Part shown: positions 37,208 through 45,949 of the stretch, one piece after another
Numbering within the stretch: the first letter of the stretch is position 1
Layout of the letters: every line of letters begins with the position of its first letter
NCBI GenBank assembly: GCA_042570465.1
Contig: JBHPGO010000002.1
Coordinates: 1-62,535, forward strand
Direction of reading: 5' to 3'
Source: Patescibacteria group bacterium
GTDB lineage: Bacteria; Patescibacteriota; Microgenomatia; PFEM01; JBHPGO01
Length of the DNA: 62,535 bases
Made by a program: the position numbers and the translations under genes
The notes under the pieces: generated by a model
What the model was told of the DNA's origin: nothing
Databases searched by the model: none
What the model saw: the letters and a program-made list of their open reading frames with translations, nothing else

Positions 37208-38890
37208 TTACTCCTGCACTACCCGCAATACTTCCTCGATTGTGGTCACCCCTGAGGCAATTTTATCCAAACCATCAGCTAGCATACTAATCATTCCCGA
37301 CTTGAGAGCCATCTTATTGATCTCCTCCGCCGCAACTTTTTTAATGATCAGTTCCCTGATCTGATCATTGATCTCTAAAATCTCATAGATGCCCACCCGG
37401 CCTCGATAACCCGTCCCGCCACATTCATCACACCCCTCTCCATGATAAAAGTCCTGCTTTTCAACTTTCTGGCCAAAATGAGAAATAAAGAATTTCAATG
37501 ACTCTCCTTCCGGCTTGAACCGTTTGATACAAGCCGTACAAATCCGCCGCACTAGCCTTTGAGCAATCACTGCGTTGGTCGTCGAAGCAATTAAAAAACC
37601 TTCCGCCCCAATGTCTAGTAATCTCGGAAATGCTCCCGCCGCCGCATTAGTGTGCAAGGTTGAAAAAACTAAGTGACCAGTCAGGGCCGAGTGAATGGCT
37701 GTTTCGGCTGTCTCTTCATCCCTGATTTCACCAACCATGATAATGTCCGGGTCATGACGAACCAGTGAACGAAGCCCAGCCGAAAAAGTCAGTCCAGTAA
37801 CCGGATTAACCTGAACTTGAGTAATTCGCTTAATACTGTATTCGATTGGGTCCTCAACCGTACAAAGCTTAACTTCAGCGGTATTTAATATGTTTAAAAC
37901 ACTGTAAAGAGAAGTTGTTTTTCCACAACCGGTCGGACCGGTGACCAAAATCATCCCGTTAGGTTTTTTGATATTGCGCCTTAAAACAACCAGGTTTTCT
38001 CCTGAAATTCCTAATTCCTCAAGGCTTAATGGGCGCGCCGATTCAAAAAGCAATCTTAAAACAACGTTTTCACCATAAAAGGCCGGTAAAATCGAAACCC
38101 GAAGAGAAATATAATCTTCACCCAGTTGAAACTTGAAACGACCATCTTGAGGAAGACGATGTTCATCAATCTTTAAGTTGGACAAGATCTTTATCCGGGC
38201 CACTAAAGCCGGATGAACCTCCTTGGGAAGTGAGATGATGTCCCTCAGTATCCCATCAATCCTAAAACGAACCACCAATTCCTCTGACAACAGCTCGATG
38301 TGAACGTCTGAACTTCTTTCAGCCGCCGCATAAGCTAAAAGAGTATCCAATATTTTAATAACCGGTAAATCAAGAGCAATTTTGGCCAGGTTTTTATTGT
38401 CGATTTTCTTAGCTTTTTTCAGATTTTTCTGAATGATTTCTTTAAATTCAAGGCGGATGTTTTTTTTGTACTGAGAAAGACCTTTGCTAATTGCCTCTGG
38501 GGTAGCCAAAAAAGGAGAAACCTTGAGACCGGTTTGCCTTTTGGCAAACTCTAAGGCCTCAAAATCTTCGGGGTCTTCCATGGCTAAAGAAAAAGTTTTT
38601 TCTTTTTTCTCAAAAGGAAGGATCCGATGAGAGCGGGCTAAATTTTCCGGAATCAACTCCAAGGTTGTCAGGGGAATTACCCGATGCCTTAATGAAACAA
38701 AGGGAACTTTGTAGTACTCGGCAATCAATTGCCCCAAAGACTGTTCATTAATCAAACCTCTGAAAATTAGGATATCTTCCAACGGGCGACCAACTTCTTT
38801 AGCCACCTTGGCGGCTTCTTCGAATTCATTACTACTGACAAAACCCTTACTAACAACAATCTCTTTTAATTTTTCGGGCAGGATAGCCAT
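37208..38890 (-). CDS. pilB: type IV pilus assembly ATPase PilB (GspE family)
   Basis: Walker A GPTGCGKTT, GspE N-terminal domain, CxxC...CxxC zinc motif (CTAC ... CDEC). Confidence 0.9.
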   Translation of the reverse strand: MAILPEKLKEIVVSKGFVSSNEFEEAAKVAKEVGRPLEDILIFRGLINEQSLGQLIAEYYKVPFVSLRHRVIPLTTLELIPENLARSHRILPFEKKEKTFSLAMEDPEDFEALEFAKRQTGLKVSPFLATPEAISKGLSQYKKNIRLEFKEIIQKNLKKAKKIDNKNLAKIALDLPVIKILDTLLAYAAAERSSDVHIELLSEELVVRFRIDGILRDIISLPKEVHPALVARIKILSNLKIDEHRLPQDGRFKFQLGEDYISLRVSILPAFYGENVVLRLLFESARPLSLEELGISGENLVVLRRNIKKPNGMILVTGPTGCGKTTSLYSVLNILNTAEVKLCTVEDPIEYSIKRITQVQVNPVTGLTFSAGLRSLVRHDPDIIMVGEIRDEETAETAIHSALTGHLVFSTLHTNAAAGAFPRLLDIGAEGFLIASTTNAVIAQRLVRRICTACIKRFKPEGESLKFFISHFGQKVEKQDFYHGEGCDECGGTGYRGRVGIYEILEINDQIRELIIKKVAAEEINKMALKSGMISMLADGLDKIASGVTTIEEVLRVVQE

Positions 38891-39038
38891 CCCATAATTC
38901 CTTTCAAGCGCTCACTTTTGTTTCACTCAACACAAACTAAGCCAGCTTCTTCAGCTGCCAAAATATTTATTAACCTAACCTTTTTAAGTTTAACCTGAGC
39001 CGACTGGAAAATTCAAGATCAAGAAGTTTTTAAGAAGA

Positions 39039-39581
39039 TTATTTTGCCAAGGTTTGCCTGATCTTTTCGACCACTTGGCCTGGAGTATAATTAGCTTTGA
39101 CCAAAAATTCTTTAACTCCCAATTCTTTGGCTCGCTGAATATCTTGCTCTTGAGAAAGATTAGAAAGAATCATTACCGGAACATTTTTGGTCGCCGAGAC
39201 TAATCGTAACTTTTCCAGAACATCCATCCCGCCTACTTTGGGGATCATCAAATCTAAAACTACTAAGTCTGGCTTCCACTGCTCAATCTTTTTTAACCCC
39301 TCTTCTCCGTCATAAGCCACCTCAACCTCAAAACCCTCAATCTCTAACTTAGTCGAATACATCTTCACCATCGGCGGATCATCTTCAATCATTAAAACCC
39401 GACCACGACCAGCCCCTTTTCGAACTACTTTTTGAGCCCCTTTTTTAACCACTTCTTTTTTCAACTTAACTGGGGCAACTTGATCCCCTTGTCCAGCTCC
39501 TGCTTGAGCCTGAGGAACCGATTGGTCTTTCTTTTCCTCAAGACTATTTTGATTAGCTTTACCTTGTTGATTATCGTCCAT
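39039..39581 (-). CDS. receiver-only response regulator with low-complexity N-terminus
   Basis: REC domain (VLMIEDDPPM ... DLVVLDLMIPKVGG ... KANYTP). No output domain. Confidence 0.8.
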   Translation of the reverse strand: MDDNQQGKANQNSLEEKKDQSVPQAQAGAGQGDQVAPVKLKKEVVKKGAQKVVRKGAGRGRVLMIEDDPPMVKMYSTKLEIEGFEVEVAYDGEEGLKKIEQWKPDLVVLDLMIPKVGGMDVLEKLRLVSATKNVPVMILSNLSQEQDIQRAKELGVKEFLVKANYTPGQVVEKIRQTLAK

Positions 39582-39600
39582 TGTAAACCTCAGGTGGCAT

Positions 39601-40584
39601 TTAAGTTTCTATTACCGGGAGACTAAAATAAAAAGTTGTTCCCTTACTCAGTCTAGACTTAAGCCAAATTTTTCCACCAAACTCAGAGATGAGCATTTTG
39701 CAAATATAAAGACCAAGTCCGGAACCCTTTTTCATCGGCGCATGAGCCCCATTAATTTGAGAAAACTTTTTGAATAAGCCCTTTTGATTTTGCCTGGAAA
39801 TCCCAACTCCAGAATCTTCAACTTCAGTAATCAGCATCCCCTCCTGAAGCCTATTTCTCACCAACACTTGACCATGAGGAGTAAAGTTAATTCCATTACC
39901 AATTAGATTAGCAATGATTTCCCGAATACGATCCGGATCGACCCTTACCTTAGGCAATTTCTTCTTTGACTTTTCGTACTTCAAAGACAAACCATGTTTT
40001 TTAGCTTCATACTGATATTCTTTAACAACTGATTCAATGACTGATTCGAGGTGAATATCATCTAAGCTCATGATTAATCTTCCAGACTCAATTCGAGAAA
40101 CATTAAGCATGTTATTAACTAAACGAATCATTCGATCGTTGCTATTGTAGGCACTCTCTAGAAATTCCTTAACCCTTGGTGGAATTTTACCGGCATCACC
40201 TTCTAAGATCATCGCCAAGTAACCTTTAATGGTCGTCATCGGTGCCCGCAGTTCATGAGAAGCAACTGACACAAACTCGTCTTTTAAAGCCGAAAGCTCT
40301 TGGAGTTTAAGATTGGTCTTTTTCAGCTCGCCGGTAATTTTTTGAATTTCCTTTTGTGATTCATTGTGAGAAAAAACTTTATCAATCAAAACAATCATCA
40401 CCATCAACAATAAAATCAAGACGCTCTCTAAGGTCAAAAAGCTCCGGAAAAAAATTGTTATTACGGTCACGAAAATAAAGATGGCCAACATCAACCGACT
40501 CCAGGAGCGAGTCTCCATCGTCATCCCTGAGGGAAATTTCGCCAGCTTACTGATTAAACCGTTCTTTTTATTCTTCCGAGGCAT
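39601..40584 (-). CDS. sensor histidine kinase
   Basis: H-box SHELRAPMTTIKGY, N-box and G-boxes (GSGLGLYICK), two TM helices. ATG at 40584; the track start 40632 is TTG. Confidence 0.85.
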   Translation of the reverse strand: MPRKNKKNGLISKLAKFPSGMTMETRSWSRLMLAIFIFVTVITIFFRSFLTLESVLILLLMVMIVLIDKVFSHNESQKEIQKITGELKKTNLKLQELSALKDEFVSVASHELRAPMTTIKGYLAMILEGDAGKIPPRVKEFLESAYNSNDRMIRLVNNMLNVSRIESGRLIMSLDDIHLESVIESVVKEYQYEAKKHGLSLKYEKSKKKLPKVRVDPDRIREIIANLIGNGINFTPHGQVLVRNRLQEGMLITEVEDSGVGISRQNQKGLFKKFSQINGAHAPMKKGSGLGLYICKMLISEFGGKIWLKSRLSKGTTFYFSLPVIET

Positions 40585-40697
40585 TAAAAACAGAATATCA
40601 TTTTCCCTGATTGCTTTCAACCACCTTACCAAAAGTAATTTAACCCCATCAGTCTAAGCGACTTCAAAGTGGAAAAACACCCTTTATCGCACATTTT

Positions 40698-40733
40698 CCC
40701 GAGGTTGCAATATGTGTCAACCTCGGGGGTTGA
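40698..40733. repeat. GC-rich hairpin repeat, copy e
   Basis: cccgaggttg-caatatgtgt-caacctcggg, followed by ggttga. It lies in a divergent intergenic region, so it is not in a terminator position. Confidence 0.85.
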
Positions 40734-40828
40734 TTTTATTTACGATTGGTTGACTTCAATCACATTTTCGTGATAGATTTAATTAAATTTTAAACACAGA
40801 TGTTAGGACAAAAAGGGGGTGAAAAAAA

Positions 40829-41233
40829 ATACTCACTTTAAGTAAAGCAAAAAAGGCTCTTCAGGCTAGTGAGGATAAAGCCAATAAATTGGGCTGTGCC
40901 GTTTCAACAGTTATTCTTGACACACAAGGTTCAGTGATTGCCGTCAGTCGAATGGATGGTGCTATTCCTATCAGCCCTAAATTTGCCTATACCAAAGCTT
41001 ACACTTCGGCTTCGTTGGGAATGCCCAGTGAAGGCTTAGCTGAGTACGCTAAAGAGGGCAAACCTTATTTTGGCATTACCACCATTTTTGGAGGTAAATT
41101 AACACCAATCGCCGGAGGCATCCCAATTACAATTGGCGGTAAAGTTGTTGGCGGTGTTGGGGTTGGGGGTTCAATGGACGTCACTCAGGACGCTCAATGT
41201 GCTCAAGCGGCCGCCAAAGTGTTCGAAGGATAA
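40829..41233 (+). CDS. GlcG/HbpS-like (DUF336) protein with ambiguous start
   Basis: ILTLSKAKKALQASEDKANKLGCAVSTVILDTQGSVIAV ... GGIPI..GGKVVGGVGVGG is the typical GlcG pattern. The homologous frame is open from 40823 but has no ATG/GTG/TTG before 40889. ATA at 40829 sits 7 nt after GGGGGTG. Confidence 0.7.
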   Translation: MLTLSKAKKALQASEDKANKLGCAVSTVILDTQGSVIAVSRMDGAIPISPKFAYTKAYTSASLGMPSEGLAEYAKEGKPYFGITTIFGGKLTPIAGGIPITIGGKVVGGVGVGGSMDVTQDAQCAQAAAKVFEG

Positions 41234-41380
41234 AAACCGACCAGACTTGACCTTTAACACAGAATGTTATAGGATGTTGGTGTGGTTATGCACCACGCAA
41301 ATCTTATTGAAATCAAATAATAAGAATCGTCTTACTGACGATTCTTTAATTGTATTAAGAATAACTTAAATATTAAACAA

Positions 41381-42322
41381 ATGGCTTTACTTGTTGAAAA
41401 AACAGAACCGGGGCTAAGGCTTGAGAAATTCTCCATAGTAGCTCCAAAATCAGAAGTTATGGATATTCGCAACCCCACCGATGTGGAGACAGCAGTAGGA
41501 CAGGCAAAACAAGGAGTTCCTTTTGGCTTTGCAGGCATGGGAGTCTACGGGTTTGGTGGAACTAAAGAAGGCATTATTAAAGCCGCCGAACTTAAAACTG
41601 AAGCTGCAAAAGCTTTGGGCTCAACCAAATTTAGAAATTTGGAAAAAGAACCACCGGTTTGTTTACCAAGCTGGCCATTATTACATGAGGCAACTGACTG
41701 GAGAAAATTGGCAGGAAAAAGGTTTGAGCCAGAAGAATTAAGTCTCTTTTTTCATCAACTCTACTTCCGATATCCAAGCCACTTTGTTGTGCCCCTCGAA
41801 AAAGATTTTGCTGCGGAATTTTTACACCCTAAAATGCGAAGTATAAATGGCGAGCAAGCAGCTACTTACGCCTTTGTATTCACTGGCATTAATTACGAGC
41901 TACAAAGACTAATCGAAGCCTTTGAAAAAAAGTGCCAATCTCCAATGTTCGTCATGTCTGCTAACCCAACTGGAGAAAAATCAATTACTCGAGCTGGAGC
42001 GTTTATGGAATCCTTTCCTGGAATCCCAATCCTGACGGACCCTTTAATGGAGGAGGCTTTTTCAGAAAGCTCTACTTCACATCCAATGATTGATGCAACC
42101 CCCTTATCAACAACAGGTCAGATGGCCGTCATTCGAAAAACTAAAGGTCATCCTATCTTATTAGAGACTGCCATAGAAGACTTTGGGTGGCAAAACAAAA
42201 TAAAAGTAGTGGATTCGCCAGATGTTACAATTCTAACGGGGGATTACATAAGAAACATCTCTGATTTAGCTGGAATGATTGAAGTTTTATATGATTTCGA
42301 ACGACCGATATCTACAAATTGA
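41381..42322 (+). CDS. hypothetical protein with weak YrdC/Sua5-fold-like motifs
   Basis: GVPFGFAGMGVYGFGG and PMFVMSANPTGEKS resemble YrdC-family TvYGLG and SAN.SG motifs. Otherwise unassignable. Confidence 0.35.
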   Translation: MALLVEKTEPGLRLEKFSIVAPKSEVMDIRNPTDVETAVGQAKQGVPFGFAGMGVYGFGGTKEGIIKAAELKTEAAKALGSTKFRNLEKEPPVCLPSWPLLHEATDWRKLAGKRFEPEELSLFFHQLYFRYPSHFVVPLEKDFAAEFLHPKMRSINGEQAATYAFVFTGINYELQRLIEAFEKKCQSPMFVMSANPTGEKSITRAGAFMESFPGIPILTDPLMEEAFSESSTSHPMIDATPLSTTGQMAVIRKTKGHPILLETAIEDFGWQNKIKVVDSPDVTILTGDYIRNISDLAGMIEVLYDFERPISTN

Positions 42323-42439
42323 AATAATCGCTGATTTATTTGAGAAAGCTGACATTCGCCTCGGCAAGAAAATACAGCCGACATTGCCCAGAGAAAACCC
42401 TGCCCTTTTGCGGGCAAGGAAAATGTCACTAAAACAAAA

Positions 42440-43789
42440 ATGCCAATATCCTCAGATTTAAAAAAAATTATCATGGGAAAATTGCCTTTGGACTTTAATT
42501 GGAACAATGATCCCCACCCAGACTCACCTATTCCTAAGTCTATTCCCCCAGAGCCAAAGGCAAGACAACTAAAAAAAATTATTATTGATGACGAAGGATT
42601 AAGAGACGGTCTACATGGTGCCCCAGAATACCCGAGAATCAAAGAGATGTTGCGCTATATCAAGGCAAGCAACAAGATAGGTATTAAATTAATGACCGTT
42701 GGAATTTACTCCGGTGGCGGAGTGGTTGACAAAACAACCAAAAAGTTATTAAAAAAAATGGCTGCCGAATATCCCAGTGTTTCCCCGGTTATCTTGTCTC
42801 TGGCTATTAAAGAGTCTTTGCAATGGGCGACTGAGTGCGATCAGTTAAATCCTAATCTTCAGGTGATTGTCTTTATGGGCTCAGCACCATCGAGAATGCT
42901 AGTTGAAGGATGGAGCAAGAGTTTTGTTTTAAAAAATTTGGCTTGGGCAGTTAGAAAAGCCGTCAAGACACACAAACTCACGGTTATCGGCGCCACCGAA
43001 CACACTACTCAAACCCCACCTGATTTATTGCGAGCCATCATCAAAACCCAAGTCACCAACGGAGCAAAATATTTTTGTATTGCCGATACAATTGGCACAG
43101 CCCGTCCCATTGGTGCTTTTAGATTAGTAAAGTTTGTCAAAAAAGTCTTGAAGGATATTAACGCTGAAAACGTCATGATTGATTGGCATGGGCACCGGGA
43201 CATCGGTTTTTCTCAAGCCAACACAATGGCAGCAATAGCCGCAGGAGCCAATAGAGTCCACTTGGTTCCCTGGGGAATTGGTGAGAGATCAGGTAATACC
43301 TCCCTAGAAAAATTTTTGCTCAACACTTGCCAGATATTAAAAGAGGCAGACATCAAACCGCAATGGGACCTGACAGAATTATCTAACTTGTTAAAAATCT
43401 ACCTAGAAATTACCAATAATCAACCTGTTGCTCATGGCTGTTTGAGCCAGAGGGCTTTCTATACTAATTTGGGAATTCATACCTCAGCCATTTTAAAAGC
43501 AGAACAACTAGCTGATGAGGCTGAAAAGAACGGCTATCCTGAGTTAAGCATTTGTTTAAAATCAATGGCCAGAAGAGTTTACGCTGGTATCGATCCTAGA
43601 ATAGTAGGAAGAAAATATCAAATCGGCATTGGCCCATACAGTGGATCATCAACAGTCAAATTGTGGGCAATTAGCAGGGAAATGAAAAAGCCTTCGGCAA
43701 GAACTATCAAAAAAGTCTTGACCACTGCCAAGGGGTTAAGAAGAGGTTTGACCGAAAAAGAAGTTTATCGCTTAATGAACAATAAATAA
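42440..43789 (+). CDS. HMGL-like (DRE-TIM metallolyase) protein; isopropylmalate/homocitrate synthase-like or aldolase-like
   Basis: DDEGLRDGLHG, ADTIGTARP, WHGHRDIGFSQAN, GIGERSGNTSLE. No LeuA-type C-terminal regulatory domain. Confidence 0.7.
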   Translation: MPISSDLKKIIMGKLPLDFNWNNDPHPDSPIPKSIPPEPKARQLKKIIIDDEGLRDGLHGAPEYPRIKEMLRYIKASNKIGIKLMTVGIYSGGGVVDKTTKKLLKKMAAEYPSVSPVILSLAIKESLQWATECDQLNPNLQVIVFMGSAPSRMLVEGWSKSFVLKNLAWAVRKAVKTHKLTVIGATEHTTQTPPDLLRAIIKTQVTNGAKYFCIADTIGTARPIGAFRLVKFVKKVLKDINAENVMIDWHGHRDIGFSQANTMAAIAAGANRVHLVPWGIGERSGNTSLEKFLLNTCQILKEADIKPQWDLTELSNLLKIYLEITNNQPVAHGCLSQRAFYTNLGIHTSAILKAEQLADEAEKNGYPELSICLKSMARRVYAGIDPRIVGRKYQIGIGPYSGSSTVKLWAISREMKKPSARTIKKVLTTAKGLRRGLTEKEVYRLMNNK

Positions 43790-43852
43790 ATTACCGCGGG
43801 CTAAAAGCCCACGGTTTTCGCGAACTGCAAAATAAAAACCAGAGGAATTGGA

Positions 43853-45691
43853 TTAAATTTCTTTTGGATGACAAATCTTTCCGACAATGGCGCTAGCGGC
43901 GACTACTGCCGGATTAGCCAAGTAAACCTCTCCAGGTCCCATTCGACCCGTATAGTTGCGGTTAGAAGCTGAAATTCCCGTTTCACCTGCCTCAACTCTC
44001 CCCGGGCCCTGGCCAATACAAGCTCCACAGGCAGGTAAAACTACCCTGGCACCAGCTTGCTTAAATATTTCAATTAACCCTTCTTCTTCGGCGGCCTGGT
44101 AATCTCTCATCGAGGCCGGGTACACCACCAGTTTAACAGTTTGACCAATTTTTTCCCCCGTCAGCACTTTCGCTGCCGCCCGCAAATCATCTAGTTTACC
44201 TCCGGTGCAAGAACCAATGACCGCCTTTTGAACTGGAATTTCGCCTAAAGCGGCAAGCGGTTGGCTTCTCTGAGGACTACCAGGCCGGGCCACCATCGGT
44301 TCAATTTCTGAAAGGTCAATCTTTATCTCCCCAGCAAATTCAGCACCAGGATCGCTTTTTACCAACATTTCCTTTAGTTGGGTAGACGGTATCCCTCGTT
44401 CCTGACTTAAAAAGTCAATCACCGACGACGTCGGTTCTACCACCGCCGTTAAAGCATTGGCCTCAGCCGCCATGTTAGTTAAAACTAATAGTTCATCCAA
44501 AGACAAACTTGCTAAACCTGAGCCACCGTATTCCAAGACTTTACCCAGGCTTTCACCTGATTGAACCCAGTCCTGAGACAACAAGTGAAGCATGACGTCT
44601 TTAGCCATACAACCACTCCTAAGCCGACCGGCAAAATTAATCCTTGTTGTCTCTGGCACTTCTACCAAAACGTCTTTTGTCACTAAGGCATTAGCCATGG
44701 CGGTAGCTCCAATCGGTATACAAAGAGCATTGAGTGCCCCACCGGTACCGGTATGAGAGTCGGTCCCTACCACGACTTGGCCAGGAAGAATGTGTTCATT
44801 AGCCATTACCCGGTGGCAGATACCACCGTCTTCCTCTTGAGAGTGGCGATGGGAAATTTGATAGCGTTTCGCAAAAGAAGCCTGAGCCTCAAAAAGCGCC
44901 CTCGCTTTTTCTGGACGACAAACAAAGTGGTCAGTAAAAAGCAAAAGTGAATTGGGGTCCTGAAGTGGTTTACCGGAAAGCTCTCCTTTAACCAGCAGCT
45001 TTTCTATTAACGGGGTAAAGACTTCGTAAGAAAAGCGCCAGTCTGCAGGAGTAAAAAATTCATCACCAGGTCTAAGATAACCTTCCTGTCCGGCAAAATA
45101 ATGCTGGGCCAGAATTTTTTCTGTGATTGTCATTGGCCGGGGAGAATTGTTGATTCTTGGTAAGGCTACCTCTTCCCCTAAGCGTAGTTGGTTAAAGGCA
45201 AAAAGGCCTCCTGTTTCCAAAACAACTCGTTTAACCCCACTAAACTCTCTTAAAATCTTTTCGATGGGAATCTTTTCTCTTGCGACCATTCCCTCGAGTA
45301 ATGAAAAATCCGTTGAGGTCAAAACACCGTTGAAGGTACAATTATCCCTGAAGGTAGGATTAAACGAAGAAGCAAGAATCAGTTTTATACCCGCTTCTTT
45401 TAGAGTAATTGCCGCATGCTCTCGGGCCGAACCACAACCAAAGTTTTCACCGGAAACTAAAACAGAAAAAGATTTATCTTGTAAAAAACCATCTCCTATT
45501 AAGCCTTCCCCAAGACCAGTTAAGGCAAAGCAGCCAATATTTTGAAATTCAAAGCAGGCCCAAGCAGGGTAAATTTGATCTGTATCCACTTCATTCTGAA
45601 GCTGAGTAACCAAACTCCCTAAATCAGCTTTTCTTTCCAGTACTATAGGACCCTCATTTGTCAAACCCAAAACACTCTCTGTCTCTCTCAT
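43853..45691 (-). CDS. aconitase-family hydro-lyase with the swivel (small-subunit) domain N-terminal to the catalytic (large-subunit) domains
   Basis: N-terminus has GENFGCGSAREHA (LeuD-like). Then TDSHTGTGGA, GSCTGG, PACGACIGQGPG, SASNRNYTGRMG (LeuC/aconitase Fe-S ligands). Confidence 0.85.
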   Translation of the reverse strand: MRETESVLGLTNEGPIVLERKADLGSLVTQLQNEVDTDQIYPAWACFEFQNIGCFALTGLGEGLIGDGFLQDKSFSVLVSGENFGCGSAREHAAITLKEAGIKLILASSFNPTFRDNCTFNGVLTSTDFSLLEGMVAREKIPIEKILREFSGVKRVVLETGGLFAFNQLRLGEEVALPRINNSPRPMTITEKILAQHYFAGQEGYLRPGDEFFTPADWRFSYEVFTPLIEKLLVKGELSGKPLQDPNSLLLFTDHFVCRPEKARALFEAQASFAKRYQISHRHSQEEDGGICHRVMANEHILPGQVVVGTDSHTGTGGALNALCIPIGATAMANALVTKDVLVEVPETTRINFAGRLRSGCMAKDVMLHLLSQDWVQSGESLGKVLEYGGSGLASLSLDELLVLTNMAAEANALTAVVEPTSSVIDFLSQERGIPSTQLKEMLVKSDPGAEFAGEIKIDLSEIEPMVARPGSPQRSQPLAALGEIPVQKAVIGSCTGGKLDDLRAAAKVLTGEKIGQTVKLVVYPASMRDYQAAEEEGLIEIFKQAGARVVLPACGACIGQGPGRVEAGETGISASNRNYTGRMGPGEVYLANPAVVAASAIVGKICHPKEI

Positions 45692-45949
45692 AAAATACCC
45701 TTTAGTACCCTATATTATACAAAAAAAAGACTATCATTTCTAGTATCTTTTAGTCTTTATACCAAAACAAACGAGCGTCCGGAGTGCCAAATAACTTAGC
45801 CGCAGTTAATGACAATAAAAATCCACCCGGTAAAAATACCCAAAAACCCAATCCCTTTAGGACAAACAGGGCACCATTAGCATCAAAACCCAAAACCAAT
45901 TCTTTAAATAATTCATCTTTGATTCGGATTATTTGTTTGTTATTATATA

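Noticed and set aside
41133-41538. Track ORFs 41133..41369 (+) and 41332..41538 (-).
   Set aside because: The first overlaps the glcG 3' end out of frame and the leader region. The second is antisense to the 5' end of the 41381..42322 gene. Neither has motifs or a plausible start context.
45750-45925. Minus-strand open frame upstream of the aconitase-family gene, encoding a membrane-like peptide (...ELFKELVLGFDANGALFVLKGLGFWVFLPGGFLLSLTAAKLFGTPDARLFWYKD).
   Set aside because: The frame has no ATG or GTG. There are only internal TTG codons with no SD, so a gene cannot be supported from sequence alone. The + strand track ORF 45784..45984 looks non-protein-like as well.
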